This document shows, piece by piece, positions 1 through 12,900 of a stretch of 64,000 nt of DNA. Below the pieces are notes generated by a model that worked only from the letters and a program-made list of their open reading frames with translations, ran no database searches and was not told where the DNA came from. A program made the position numbers and the translations under genes. Numbering within the stretch: the first letter of the stretch is position 1; the number at the start of each line of letters is the position of its first letter. This DNA comes from Candidatus Helarchaeota archaeon (GTDB lineage: Archaea; Asgardarchaeota; Lokiarchaeia; Helarchaeales; RDOG01). The stretch is from positions 1,233,432-1,297,431 of the forward strand of contig JAHPZH010000001.1 of the NCBI GenBank assembly GCA_019058315.1, given 5' to 3'.

Positions 1-531
1 TGGAAGAATTGTTCCTTTGGATTTGGTTATGGGATTCCTCCATTTGTTAAGATATGTAATTTTACCCAAATCCAATCTTGGTGGAGGATCAGGTTGTTCA
101 GAATAGTAACCTAATAAGATTAAAGCAATTATTTTATAACTATTTGGAACTGACAGTAATTTTCTAACCGTTGATCTATTAAAAGCCCCAATCCAACATG
201 TTCCTATTCCTAATTCGATTGCCATTAGCAAAATATTTTGTATAGCTGCACCTACTTCTTCGATCCATGAATCGGAATCTATACAGACAACAATCATTGA
301 AGAACACTGTGCAGCATGCCTTTGACGAAAAAATACTATTTTTGAATTATTAGCAATCTCTTTGAGCAAGTTTTCATCCGTAACCACTATAAAACGGGTT
401 TTTTGCCTATTGGTGGCTGTCGGTGCCCATCTTGCAGCTTCTAAAATTTTGATTAAGTCATCTTGAGGTATTGGTTTTGAGGAAAATTTACGAATACTCC
501 TTCTATGTAAAATTGCATTGCCAACATTCAT
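1..531 (-). CDS. Nitroreductase family protein (partial; 3' end lies beyond the window start)
   Basis: Not in the ORF track. Manual translation from ATG at 531 gives MNVGNAILHRRSIRKFSSKPIPQDDLIKILEAARWAPTATNRQ...GAAIQNILLMAIELGIGTCWIGAF, with the RRSIRxF, APxxxNxQ and GxGTCWIG motifs. The frame is open to position 1. Confidence 0.9.
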   Translation of the reverse strand, partial: MNVGNAILHRRSIRKFSSKPIPQDDLIKILEAARWAPTATNRQKTRFIVVTDENLLKEIANNSKIVFFRQRHAAQCSSMIVVCIDSDSWIEEVGAAIQNILLMAIELGIGTCWIGAFNRSTVRKLLSVPNSYKIIALILLGYYSEQPDPPPRLDLGKITYLNKWRNPITKSKGTILP

Positions 532-614
532 TCTTATTCAGCTTCAATTTATTAAAATAAAAAAAATAAGAGATAACTAAAATTTAATCTTACTAAATAT
601 AAATAATGTTTAAA

Positions 615-1754
615 TTATCTATAGCGTAAAAATTTCTTCTTTATTTTAGTTTTATATTTTTGTTCGATTTGAAATATCAAAGGATGTTCATCTAATGATA
701 CAAATGTATACGCCAACCCTTCTTTGCCCATTCTCCCCGTTCTACCAATACGATGAACATAATTTTGAATCTCATTAGGCATATCGTAATTAATTACACA
801 AGTAACATTTTCGATATCAATACCTCTAGATACTACGTCTGTTGCAACTAATATCATTCTTCTATTTTGAAATTCTTCTAATGTTTTTTCTCTAGCTGCT
901 TGAGACAGATCACTATTGATAAACTTTGCCTTAAACCCTAAACTGTATAAAGTATTTGCTAATTTTCTAGTAGCGACTCTAGTTTTAACGAAAATTAATA
1001 TTTTTAATTGATTACTTCCATTGTAATTATTTTCCAAATCACTTATTATATTGATTAAATGATTTAGCTTATCACTAGATTCTGCAACAACATAATAAAA
1101 TTGCTTAATTGATGATGGAATTCTTTCATCATGTTCTTTTCGTATTGTTATCATAACGGGATCTTTCATGTAATTTTTTGACAATTCTATTGTTTCGTCA
1201 GGGATAGTTGCACCAAAAAACATGAATTGCTGATTGCCCTGGCCCCTAATTAGCTTGAGAATGTAGCTTACATCATCATAAAATCCCATGTCAAACATTT
1301 TATCTGCTTCATCTAGAACTATAATTTTGGGTTTAATTTTCAAACCTTTTGTTAGGTGATCTATTAACCTACCGGGAGTTCCAACGACTATTTGAGCCCC
1401 TCTTCTTATTTGGTTTACTTGATTTTGAAATGAAACTCCCCCATAAATGGTCATAGTTTTAATATTTGTAAATTTTGCAGCTTTGGATATTTCTTCAGCT
1501 ACTTGTTTTGCCAATTCCCTAGTTGGAGTTATGATTATTGCTTGAATTTCAGGACGATTTTCATTAATTCGCTCAATTATTGGAATTCCAAATGCAAGAG
1601 TTTTACCTGATCCCGTTTTAGCTTGACCTATAACGTTTCTGCCTTTTAAAAGGTGAGGTATTACTTTTTCTTGTATAGGAGTTGCTTCTAAAAAATCGTG
1701 AAATTTAAGCCCTTTTAATAATTTTTGTCTTATTTTAAATTCTGAAAATTGCAT
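615..1754 (-). CDS. DEAD-box ATP-dependent RNA helicase (minimal core)
   Basis: Q motif (F..ATPIQ), AKTGSGKT, PTRELA, GG, TPGRL, DEAD, GAT (motif III variant), SRGID, HRIGRTGR. Confidence 0.95.
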   Translation of the reverse strand: MQFSEFKIRQKLLKGLKFHDFLEATPIQEKVIPHLLKGRNVIGQAKTGSGKTLAFGIPIIERINENRPEIQAIIITPTRELAKQVAEEISKAAKFTNIKTMTIYGGVSFQNQVNQIRRGAQIVVGTPGRLIDHLTKGLKIKPKIIVLDEADKMFDMGFYDDVSYILKLIRGQGNQQFMFFGATIPDETIELSKNYMKDPVMITIRKEHDERIPSSIKQFYYVVAESSDKLNHLINIISDLENNYNGSNQLKILIFVKTRVATRKLANTLYSLGFKAKFINSDLSQAAREKTLEEFQNRRMILVATDVVSRGIDIENVTCVINYDMPNEIQNYVHRIGRTGRMGKEGLAYTFVSLDEHPLIFQIEQKYKTKIKKKFLRYR

Positions 1755-1876
1755 AAAATTAACCTTTTCTGTCTGTCTTATTCCGTCTAGTCCGTTAAAA
1801 TCTTTTCTAAAAGGCTTAATTCTATAAAGTTATTAAGTAATCCTTAACTTGAAAATTTCAAAGTCTCGACAGAATC

Positions 1877-1913
1877 TGAAATGATACTGAAAAAATTCCC
1901 TATTATCATTTCA
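1877..1913. repeat. Perfect 10-bp inverted repeat with a 17-nt spacer in the divergent intergenic region upstream of the helicase
   Basis: TGAAATGATA (1877-1886) and TATCATTTCA (1904-1913). Confidence 0.6.
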
Positions 1914-2093
1914 TGTTTTTTTAAAAATATAAATGAAACAAGCTTTTTTAATCTTCTTATTGATAATTTTTTTTCTAATCACTAAATTAGATTTAACTAA
2001 TTTAATAAAGTAGCTGTAAAAGCTTTATATTCAGTATATTAGTAATCTAATCAACATTTTTATTAAGAATCAAATTATAATTAAAATGATCAT

Positions 2094-2273
2094 ATGAAGA
2101 AAATAAAATGTAAAATTTGTGGTAAAGAGGTTCAAATTGAAAAATTAAATGTTAGTTTTTATGCGAAATGGATTGAATTTAAGCCCGGAATATGGGTTTG
2201 TCGAGACTGTGAACAGTCAGCTATTTGGCCAAATATTATTCAATATAAAATTCCCGATGATTATCGTTCTTAA
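2094..2273 (+). CDS. Small zinc-finger protein (59 aa, two CxxC pairs)
   Basis: Below the ORF-track size cut-off. MKKIKCKICGKEVQIEKLNVSFYAKWIEFKPGIWVCRDCEQSAIWPNIIQYKIPDDYRS*, with CKIC and CRDC. Confidence 0.7.
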   Translation: MKKIKCKICGKEVQIEKLNVSFYAKWIEFKPGIWVCRDCEQSAIWPNIIQYKIPDDYRS

Positions 2274-2364
2274 GATTTTTTATTGATATTTTAAAAATGA
2301 AACGAACCGTTATTTGATTTTTAGGTCTATCTTTCTTTAAAATAATAAATTTTTTATAGGATGT

Positions 2365-2388
2365 GTTAGTAACATTAAGTGAGTATAA
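2365..2388 (+). promoter_or_regulatory. Putative Phr/HSR1-type heat-shock operator just downstream of a TATA-like box (TTTTTATA, ~2351-2358)
   Basis: GTTA-GTA-AC-ATTAA-GT-G-A-GT-ATAA fits the recalled Pyrococcus Phr consensus TTTAnnnACnnnnnGTnAnnAAAA with two mismatches. It lies upstream of an ArsR-type regulator and cdc48. Confidence 0.55.
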
Positions 2389-2439
2389 GTATTTATGATT
2401 AAAATATCCGTATTTAGGACAAAAAATGGACGTGATTAA

Positions 2440-3012
2440 TTGGATGAACAAGATTTGTTTGATTCTCTTTTAAGAATTTTGGGCAATAAGACTCGACGAA
2501 TGATGTTAGAACTATTAAGTGAACGTCCCAGATTCCTTAGTGACATTTCAAAAGAGCTCGAAATTGGTCAACAAGCTATTTTACGCCATATTGAAGAATT
2601 TACAAAGGCAGGAATATTAGAAGTAGCAGATGAATCAGTACTTGATGAAAAGAAAATAGGAAGAAAACCAAAATATTATAAGATTGCCGAAAATAAACGA
2701 ATTATTATAGACATTACACCTGGACGATTTGACGTTGATTTAATTCCATCATTTCTGGATGAACAAGAGGAACTAAAAGAAGATATTGATATTAAGTTTT
2801 GTTCTGATTTAGCTGAAATCGAGAATAAAATTAATTCATTGGAAGAAATCAAAGATCCAGACACACGATATAATAAAATCAAAATTTTAGAACAAGAACT
2901 TAAGGAAGAAATAAATTCTTTAATTGATGCTAAGCATTATGCTGAATTATTATTAGAAAAATTAAGTCCTAAAAGAAAGATTGTTGAAGATTATTTAGGA
3001 ATTAGTCAATAA
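2440..3012 (+). CDS. ArsR-family winged-helix transcription regulator, Phr/HSR1-like heat-shock regulator
   Basis: LGNKTRRMMLELLSERPRFLSDISKELEIGQQAILRHIEEF..AGIL..GRKPKYYKI plus a C-terminal coiled coil. It directly precedes cdc48. Confidence 0.8.
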   Translation: MDEQDLFDSLLRILGNKTRRMMLELLSERPRFLSDISKELEIGQQAILRHIEEFTKAGILEVADESVLDEKKIGRKPKYYKIAENKRIIIDITPGRFDVDLIPSFLDEQEELKEDIDIKFCSDLAEIENKINSLEEIKDPDTRYNKIKILEQELKEEINSLIDAKHYAELLLEKLSPKRKIVEDYLGISQ

Positions 3013-3088
3013 ATAGAAATTTTAAAATAGGTATATTAATCATGAATCCAATTATAAATTAAATTAATTATGATAATAGAGGTATTAA

Positions 3089-5365
<2,277 letters not shown>

Positions 5366-5454
5366 GTTTTAAAATCTTTATTTTTTTAAGATTCCTATCA
5401 AATAGGAATTAAAATTTTATTTATAATTTTAAGTTTAAAAAAAGTGTGAAATAA

Positions 5455-6258
5455 ATGGATGGAAATATTCCAATAATAAAAGTTGTAAAAGTAAAAGAGT
5501 TTGATGAAGCAAAAAGAGAATTAAAAAATCCTATTTGTATCCATGGTATGCCAGGTATGGGCATGACTGGAAAAACTGTTATGGATCACTTTATTGAAGA
5601 ATTAAAACCTAATATTAAGAAAATTTGTGAAATTTATTCAACTGCCTTTCCTGCTAATGTAATTATACAGGAAGATGGGTCGATTTCTCCACCAAAAATC
5701 ACAATTTACGCCTATGTAAATGGAAATGGAGAAAGAAAAAATGATTTAGTTTTGATAACTGGAGAAACACAACCCAATTCTGTAATTGGAACAAATAATC
5801 TTTCCATCGAAATCGTTAAAATTCTGAATGATTTAAACGTTAAGCTGTTAATTTCCCTCGCCGCTACTCCAGTTATGAACCCGAAATCTTCACCAACGGT
5901 GTATATAACTGTAACATCCAATAAACTTATAGAAGATTTTAAAAAAGCAGGTGTGAGGAAGGAATTTATAAGTGGGGTTATTACTGGAATGAATGGTATT
6001 ATCCCAGGACTTGCCAAATTTGAATATAACATTGATGGATGTGCATTATTAGCCGAAACTTATCCCCAATTTGGTAAAGATATAAATGCATCTATTTCTT
6101 TAATAAGGATATTAAACAAATATTTGAATTTAGAAATAAAGACAACAGAATTAGAGGAAAAAGCGAAGAAAGTCGAAGATTTATATCAATCTTTAGTTGA
6201 TAAGAGAAAAAGAAGAGAAAAAAGGCAAAAGAAGAAAGATTTGGGTTATATTAGTTAA
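5455..6258 (+). CDS. PAC2-family proteasome assembly chaperone
   Basis: GMPGMGMTGK, DLVLITGETQP, ITGMNGIIPG, CALLAETY, D..AS motifs; C-terminus LGYIS. Confidence 0.85.
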   Translation: MDGNIPIIKVVKVKEFDEAKRELKNPICIHGMPGMGMTGKTVMDHFIEELKPNIKKICEIYSTAFPANVIIQEDGSISPPKITIYAYVNGNGERKNDLVLITGETQPNSVIGTNNLSIEIVKILNDLNVKLLISLAATPVMNPKSSPTVYITVTSNKLIEDFKKAGVRKEFISGVITGMNGIIPGLAKFEYNIDGCALLAETYPQFGKDINASISLIRILNKYLNLEIKTTELEEKAKKVEDLYQSLVDKRKRREKRQKKKDLGYIS

Positions 6259-6772
6259 GAACATCCTAGGAGGACTTTATATTTCAGTCGGAAATTATGT
6301 AAATGACACTCTAAATGTTGTAATTAATTATCTACCTTCTAATTTCAGACTCTATGAAGAAACTGGGGACGAAAAGAGTGGAAAACTAATATTTAAAAGC
6401 TTAGAAATTTATGATGAGACTTGGGGACCTTATTTAACTTTAACTTTTTCTTGGATCTCATACCCAATAGAAAATTTTCATTCTGGAGATGCAATTCAAG
6501 ATATTTTAAATTTATTCGCAAAACTTAATATGAATTTAGACGATCGAATAAATGACTATATACTCGGGCATTTTTTCCAGTCTGCTGTAGGATCTCGTAT
6601 CATACTAAAGAAAGGAACCCCATATACAGTCAAAGAAATTCATGGAATTTTATATTGTGAGCATTCACAACGTGAAATTTCTATAATAGTAGTAATAAAT
6701 AATATACAGAACATTTTTCCTAGTTGGAAAGACACAATTATTAGAATTATTAAATCAATCAAATTTCATTAA
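6197..6772 (+). CDS. Hypothetical protein (true start probably near 6281)
   Basis: Open frame filling the gap between PAC2 and the eL13 fusion. GGAGG at 6269-6273 lies 7 nt before an in-frame ATT at 6281. Confidence 0.65.
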   Translation: MIREKEEKKGKRRKIWVILVKNILGGLYISVGNYVNDTLNVVINYLPSNFRLYEETGDEKSGKLIFKSLEIYDETWGPYLTLTFSWISYPIENFHSGDAIQDILNLFAKLNMNLDDRINDYILGHFFQSAVGSRIILKKGTPYTVKEIHGILYCEHSQREISIIVVINNIQNIFPSWKDTIIRIIKSIKFH

Positions 6773-6816
6773 AAACAATTTAGACTTAAATAAAACAATA
6801 ACATGATGTGATATAA

Positions 6817-8190
6817 TTGAAAAAATCGAAGAAACAAACGGTAGTAGTAACTCTTGAGGAAAAGGAGAAAATAACAGTTCCTATTGTGAAATCTCCTTCC
6901 CGCATTCTAGATAAGAGATTAGGTAAAGGATTTAGTATTAAAGAAATACAAGCCGCTTCAATTCCTATTGGTGAATTTCAACGTTTAAATTTAAGAATTG
7001 ATCATAGAAGAAGAACAATTTATGATTCAAATGTAGAATATATAGGTAAGAAATATCGTGAATTATTATCTGAAGAATTAATCGAGAGAGAAGCTTTAGA
7101 TAAGTTGGAAAAACGCGAAAAAGATATAATGAAAACCCTGACAAAAATTCCTTCGATCTCAAAGAAATATGCTAAAAAACTTATTGGTGCTGGAGTGAAA
7201 TCAATCGAAAATTTAATCAAAGAAGATGCATCATCTTTAGCAATTGATATCGGGGAAAAAGAAAAAATTGTTAATCAATGGATAAAAGACGCTAAGAAAT
7301 TTAAAAGTTTACTAGAATTAGATAGTTCAATTAATAATTTAACTCAAATTGATATTTTAAACGAAGAAAAAGCAAAACTTATGGCTTCCATTGGAATAGT
7401 TAACCTTGAAATCCTCGCAGAAGAAGAAGCTTCAGTACTTTCAAAGGATCTAGGAGTTTCAGAGTATTTAGCTAACGAATGGATAAACAAGGCAAATGCT
7501 TTAATAAAAAAAGACGTTAAAGGCAAAAAAGTTGAGAAAAAGAAAAAAGAAGTTAAGAAAAGAGAAGAACCTCTTGCCAAAGTTACTAAAAAGGCTAAAA
7601 TTAAACCCATAGAATTAAGTCTAAAGGATATTAGTGGAATTGGTAAAAAAGATTTGAATAAATTAGAAACTTTAGAAATTACCACATTAAAACAATTAGC
7701 TGATGAAGATCCTCTGGAGATTTCGTCTATTTTGGGTGTTGGAAAAGATCAAGTGTTTGGGTGGATTAATAAGGCTAGAGAACTCCTAGGAATGCCTAAA
7801 TTAGAAGAGATAAAGAAGAAGAAAGCTCCGAAAATTAAAAAAATCGAAAAAGAAGAAGTAGTTATGGAAGAAACCGTAGATTTTTCTACTCTTGAAGAAG
7901 AGCTTGAGGAACAAATTGAGGAGGAATTAATAGAAAAAGAACAAGAAGAGCCTGAAACAAGTGAGATTCAAAAGAAATTTGTGATTTCTGAAGAAGATAA
8001 AAAAGAAATTCTAAAAGAACTTCTTAAAATTAAAGGTGTTGGTAAAGTAAGTGGTGAGAAATTGATAAATGCAGGTATTAGATCTATCCAAGATCTTATT
8101 GAAGCTAATTTAAAGGAATTATCCTCAAGTACAGATATTAAAGAACAAAAACTCCAGAATTTTATTGACGAAGCAAAAAAATTGGAATAA
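6817..8190 (+). CDS. rpl13e: Ribosomal protein eL13 (L13e) domain fused to four helix-hairpin-helix (HHH_5/DUF4332-like) modules
   Basis: N-terminal PIVKSP..KRLGKGFSIKEIQAA..RLNLRIDHRRRTIYDSNVE matches the archaeal L13e signature. Four ~55-aa repeats follow, e.g. LKDISGIGKKDLNKLETLEITTLKQLA and LLKIKGVGKVSGEKLINAGIRSIQDLI. Confidence 0.75.
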   Translation: MKKSKKQTVVVTLEEKEKITVPIVKSPSRILDKRLGKGFSIKEIQAASIPIGEFQRLNLRIDHRRRTIYDSNVEYIGKKYRELLSEELIEREALDKLEKREKDIMKTLTKIPSISKKYAKKLIGAGVKSIENLIKEDASSLAIDIGEKEKIVNQWIKDAKKFKSLLELDSSINNLTQIDILNEEKAKLMASIGIVNLEILAEEEASVLSKDLGVSEYLANEWINKANALIKKDVKGKKVEKKKKEVKKREEPLAKVTKKAKIKPIELSLKDISGIGKKDLNKLETLEITTLKQLADEDPLEISSILGVGKDQVFGWINKARELLGMPKLEEIKKKKAPKIKKIEKEEVVMEETVDFSTLEEELEEQIEEELIEKEQEEPETSEIQKKFVISEEDKKEILKELLKIKGVGKVSGEKLINAGIRSIQDLIEANLKELSSSTDIKEQKLQNFIDEAKKLE

Positions 8191-8526
8191 TATACTTGAT
8201 TAATTTTATAATTTAGAAATTATTTTTTTATTTTTTTATTAAACATTATACTAAGTATTATAATTCTGTTAAATACGTTATTTAACTCTATATTATAGAT
8301 TTTAAATTAAATTATTTTGATTTAATTTTTATATCCACACTTCTTTTCTTTAAAAATGTATTAAAATTTGAATTAATGGTGGTGTTCATTTACTCTCTGA
8401 AATTAGATACATTAAGACATATATAGTCATTCAAAGAAAAAAGATTTAAACTACTTATCTTCATGTTTATTCGGATCATGTCCAATTTTCTTTTAAATTG
8501 CATAATTTTCAAGTGAGCGAATAAAG

Positions 8527-9969
8527 TTGATCGAAAATAGCGATGATTTAGAGAGATTACTAAAATTAACAAAAAAAATGAGTGTAAAAATAGCTCAACT
8601 TAGTCCAGAATCTCAATTTTCCGCTCAACTGGAGAGATTAACTTTTATTAACCAAGATTTTGAAAATATAATTGGGGAATATAAACAACAAACAGATCAA
8701 GTCACAAAACTCGTGCAAAAGATTTCTAATTTAGAAAAAGAAGTAGACGAGCACCGAACAAGATTTGATTCTAAAGCAAAATCAACAATAACTCAAATTC
8801 AAAAAGAGAAAGGAGATTTAGAATCTGATCTTGAAAAAATTTCTGAGGATTATATAAAAGCAAATAATGAAATAGCAACTCAGAAGGAATTAATCAATAA
8901 ACTTATTATAGAAAATGAAAGAATCAACAATAAGCTTGTGGGAGAGTGGAAAGCTAGTCAAGTTCTGCGGAAAACTCTGCAAAGAGAACGTGATATGCGA
9001 GAGGACTTAAATAATCAAATTAATGAACTAAAACGCACATTAAGAAGATTACAAAGACGTTTAAGCCGAGGTGGAAGGTTATTTGGACTTCATATCCCAG
9101 TAGAAAGAATAGAAGAATCGGAGGTTTCTGGAAAAGAGGGAATTGATAAAGAACAAATTGAGCAGTTGAAGTTCGAATTACAAAAACGGATGGATAAAAT
9201 TACCGAACTTGAGATGAAAAATCGAGAATTGAAAGGTCAAATTATAAAATCGCCCACTAAGGATTTGGAATTACAAATTCAATCCTATAAAAAAGATTTG
9301 GACGTCAAAACGGGAAAAATTGCGACTTTTGAAGCAGAAAGAAAAAAATTAGAACAACAAATTGGAATTTTGCAAAATCGCATTACTGATTTACAAGTCA
9401 ATTTTCAAGAACAGAGTAAAACCATAAACGATAGAGAAAAACGAATAGGTGATCTGGAAAAAACTATGCGCCTTGGAATTCATGAAAAAAGTGCTCGTGA
9501 TTTAATTGTAAATTTACAGGAGAAAAACAAAGAATTACAAGCAAGTTTAAGAGATAAAGAAAGAGATATTAAAAATTTAGATAAAAATGCTTTCTTTTAT
9601 AAACAACAATTAGACGTCGTTAAAGGACAAGTTCAAACTTTATATGCTAAAAATAGAGAATTATTGACAAGATTACAACAAGGGGGATCTATATCAGAAG
9701 CAGAAATTAGAAGAAGTGTAGATATATTTGAGGGAGAAAGCCCATTTGATAAAGATATGAAAGATCAGCAACATAAATTAAAAAGATTAGAGAGCAGAAC
9801 CGAAAGTTTAGAACAAGAGGTTTCAGATCTTCGATTTGCACTTCATAGTAAAGATGCTAAAATAGAAGAATTAAACCAGATTATGAATGAATTAAAAGTA
9901 GTTTTAGCAAAAGCTAAAATCGAAATTGGCCCTAAAGGGAAAAAAGGAAAGAAGACCAAGCGTAATTAG
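8527..9969 (+). CDS. Long coiled-coil protein
   Basis: 480 aa, E/K/Q/L-rich heptads throughout, recurring L..KN[RK]EL motif, no NTPase motif. Confidence 0.8.
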   Translation: MIENSDDLERLLKLTKKMSVKIAQLSPESQFSAQLERLTFINQDFENIIGEYKQQTDQVTKLVQKISNLEKEVDEHRTRFDSKAKSTITQIQKEKGDLESDLEKISEDYIKANNEIATQKELINKLIIENERINNKLVGEWKASQVLRKTLQRERDMREDLNNQINELKRTLRRLQRRLSRGGRLFGLHIPVERIEESEVSGKEGIDKEQIEQLKFELQKRMDKITELEMKNRELKGQIIKSPTKDLELQIQSYKKDLDVKTGKIATFEAERKKLEQQIGILQNRITDLQVNFQEQSKTINDREKRIGDLEKTMRLGIHEKSARDLIVNLQEKNKELQASLRDKERDIKNLDKNAFFYKQQLDVVKGQVQTLYAKNRELLTRLQQGGSISEAEIRRSVDIFEGESPFDKDMKDQQHKLKRLESRTESLEQEVSDLRFALHSKDAKIEELNQIMNELKVVLAKAKIEIGPKGKKGKKTKRN

Positions 9970-9978
9970 GTTATTTTT

Positions 9979-12900
9979 ATGAAGAGAGATAAGAAACTTA
10001 TAATATTAATTTATATATTCTTTTTATCCTCCTTATTCTTTATCCCAATCAATAATTTTAATAATTCTGACATTTTTAATAACTCAATTTTTAAAAAGAA
10101 CGCAATTAAAAAAGATTATATAATTAAATCTGATAGTGTTAATTCAATAAGCCTTCAAGGAACAGGATCAAATCTTAAAGGTGAAGAATATCCTTATAAT
10201 GTGAGTAATGAACAAGGACTTATTAATAATGATGAAATTAATTGGAGTGTTCCCAATACTTATTCTGGAAAAGAATTTTGGGTTAAAATTGAGAATTTAA
10301 CAGCGAACGGTTCCTTTACTAGTCCACAAAACGCAGATCAAGCTGTCATATTTGAGGGGGACTATGCTAGTGGAAGTATTGGAGACACTAACACTACGGA
10401 CGGTAATTATTATCAAGTAAATGATGATATAACACCATCTCAAGATGCACTTGATTTTGATTTTGAATTTGACATTAGTGGAATTTCTAAAACTGATGTA
10501 AATTCAATCTTTTTTTATGTTGTAGGTCAAAGATCTATTTTGGGACAAGATGTTCAAATTCGCATATATAATTTTTCTAGTTTAAGTTATGTGAATATTG
10601 GTACTATCACAAATTTTTTTACATGGGATACCGACTTCGGTACAATATATGGTAATGATTGTTTTGATAATTCTGATCCTCGAATTAGATTGAATTTTTA
10701 TAGTTCGGATTTGGATGGTAATTATGTTAGATTGGATCATGTTTATGTTATAGTCAATTACAGTGTATCCTTTGTATCTGTCAATCCAGAAACTATTAAT
10801 TTCCGAGTTCGACATGAAAGTACGAATTATCCAATAACTTCAGCTAATTTTAATTCTACAACGATTCAAGGAAATTGGTTAGCACCAACAACTGAAACTT
10901 TTACGTTTTTATCGGACTATTCCGCCAACTTTGATATTGAGACTATTTTCCTATTAAATAAATCTAGAAATGCAGATATTTACTATTATTTGGCAGGAAA
11001 TGAGAATTTTGAAAATACTTGGAAGGTAAATTATTCTGTTGGTTCCATACCATCAGGTTATCAAAATATAAATTTTACAGTAAATCTTCCGAATGATTGG
11101 GAATATTTAAATACTACAGCTCCAGACGGGTCCGATAATACAGCACAAACAAACACTGTAATTATTGGTAATAAATTAGTAGTATCAGTTAGCTCGAGTG
11201 CTATAGATCCATTTGTAGCACAATTACCATTAAATTGGTCAATTTGGGCTAATTCTTCTAATTATATCTCAACAATTCAATTTTTTCAATATCCGGATTT
11301 TGTAACTCCAATGCTAAGTCCAATTATTTACAATTTAACGGATAATATGACAGTCAAGTGTCCATTAAGCACTCCTACAAATTCTCCTTCTAGCGCAAAT
11401 TTAACTATATTTAATAGTACAGATGATATAGTCCATCAAGAATTAAATGTTGATGTAATTGGAAGTACAATAACATTTACAGGTTGGAATACATCAAAAT
11501 ATAATTCGAATGGACAATACAAAGCTCAAGTTACGTGGTTTAATGGAACGCAAATAGGATTTAAGAACTCAACATTTTGGTGTGTTTATAAAACTACTGT
11601 GCAAATGGTAGTTCCGAGTTTAAATCCGTTTGATTGGGGTTTTAACCGGACTCTTGAAGTAACTGTAAGATTCTTAAATACTTTTACAAACCAAGGAATT
11701 CCAGGAGCTAGTATTGCTCAATATATTTTTAATAGTAGCATATCTCAAAATTTATTTGATAAATCAAATGGTAATTATAATTTAACCGAAACAAATATGG
11801 AACTAGACTTAAAACCCCATGATTTATTCATAAATTTTTCTAAATTCGGCTATCATAATATAACAAATTTCCATATCGTGGTAAATATAATTAATGATAC
11901 AGAATTAAATTTAATAGTTGAAAATTTTACTCTACAATTAACCAATCCTACTATTATTAATTCATATTTTCCTGAGAATATTACAATAACTGCAAATTAC
12001 ACTCAATTATGGGTTACTCTGCCGAATCCTTTAACTAATGCAATATTGAACATTTCAATAAATGAGAATTATTATGCAGATATGATTCCAAAAATTGGAC
12101 AACCTGGACTTTATTACTTAATTATTAATTCATCAGACTTGGTTTTTTCATTCTTTGATATTGGACAAAATAATATAACTATTTCTGCGTGGAAGAATGG
12201 CTATTTTCCACATGTAAAAACTTTTTTATGGAATATAATCGAAACACCTACGAGTTTATCAGCAAATATTTCTACACATGCCGATTATGGAGGTATACCC
12301 TTCAAGGTCGAACTTTATTTTAATAATACTTATCATAATTATAAATATAACATCACAGATGCGAATTTTACGATAAAATTTGGCGTTAGTCAGACATTTT
12401 ATGAGTTACATAATGACAATATTACAAATTACTACAATGGAACTTATATAATAGCAATTTCCTTTGATATCTATAATTACAACTATAATTTTCAGTTAAA
12501 TATAACTGCATGGCGACCGGGTTACGATAATAAGACGGTTTCGATAGACACTGCAATTTGGGTTTATAATACTTCCATTGTTTACTGGGATTATTCTTCA
12601 ATTATACCACTCTACGCAAATCAGACCATTGATATTGGGTTGAATCGATCAATTTTTGGAAATTTCACATTTCCTATTGGGATTCAACCTGACATCGATG
12701 TTAAAATTAATCAAACATATGGAGTTTTTTGGGAAAATATCACCAATGAAGGAAATTATACAATTACTTTAATTACAGATCATGATATTTCAAACATTAA
12801 TGCAAGCATACAGAAGGTTAATATTACAATAAATAAGACAAATCATAAAATTATCTTCTTATTATCAAGTTTTATAATTAGAGAAAATAATACCCGAGCA

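Noticed and set aside
8527-9969. SMC/Rad50 assignment for the coiled-coil protein
   Set aside because: No Walker A/B, signature motif or CxxC hook is present.
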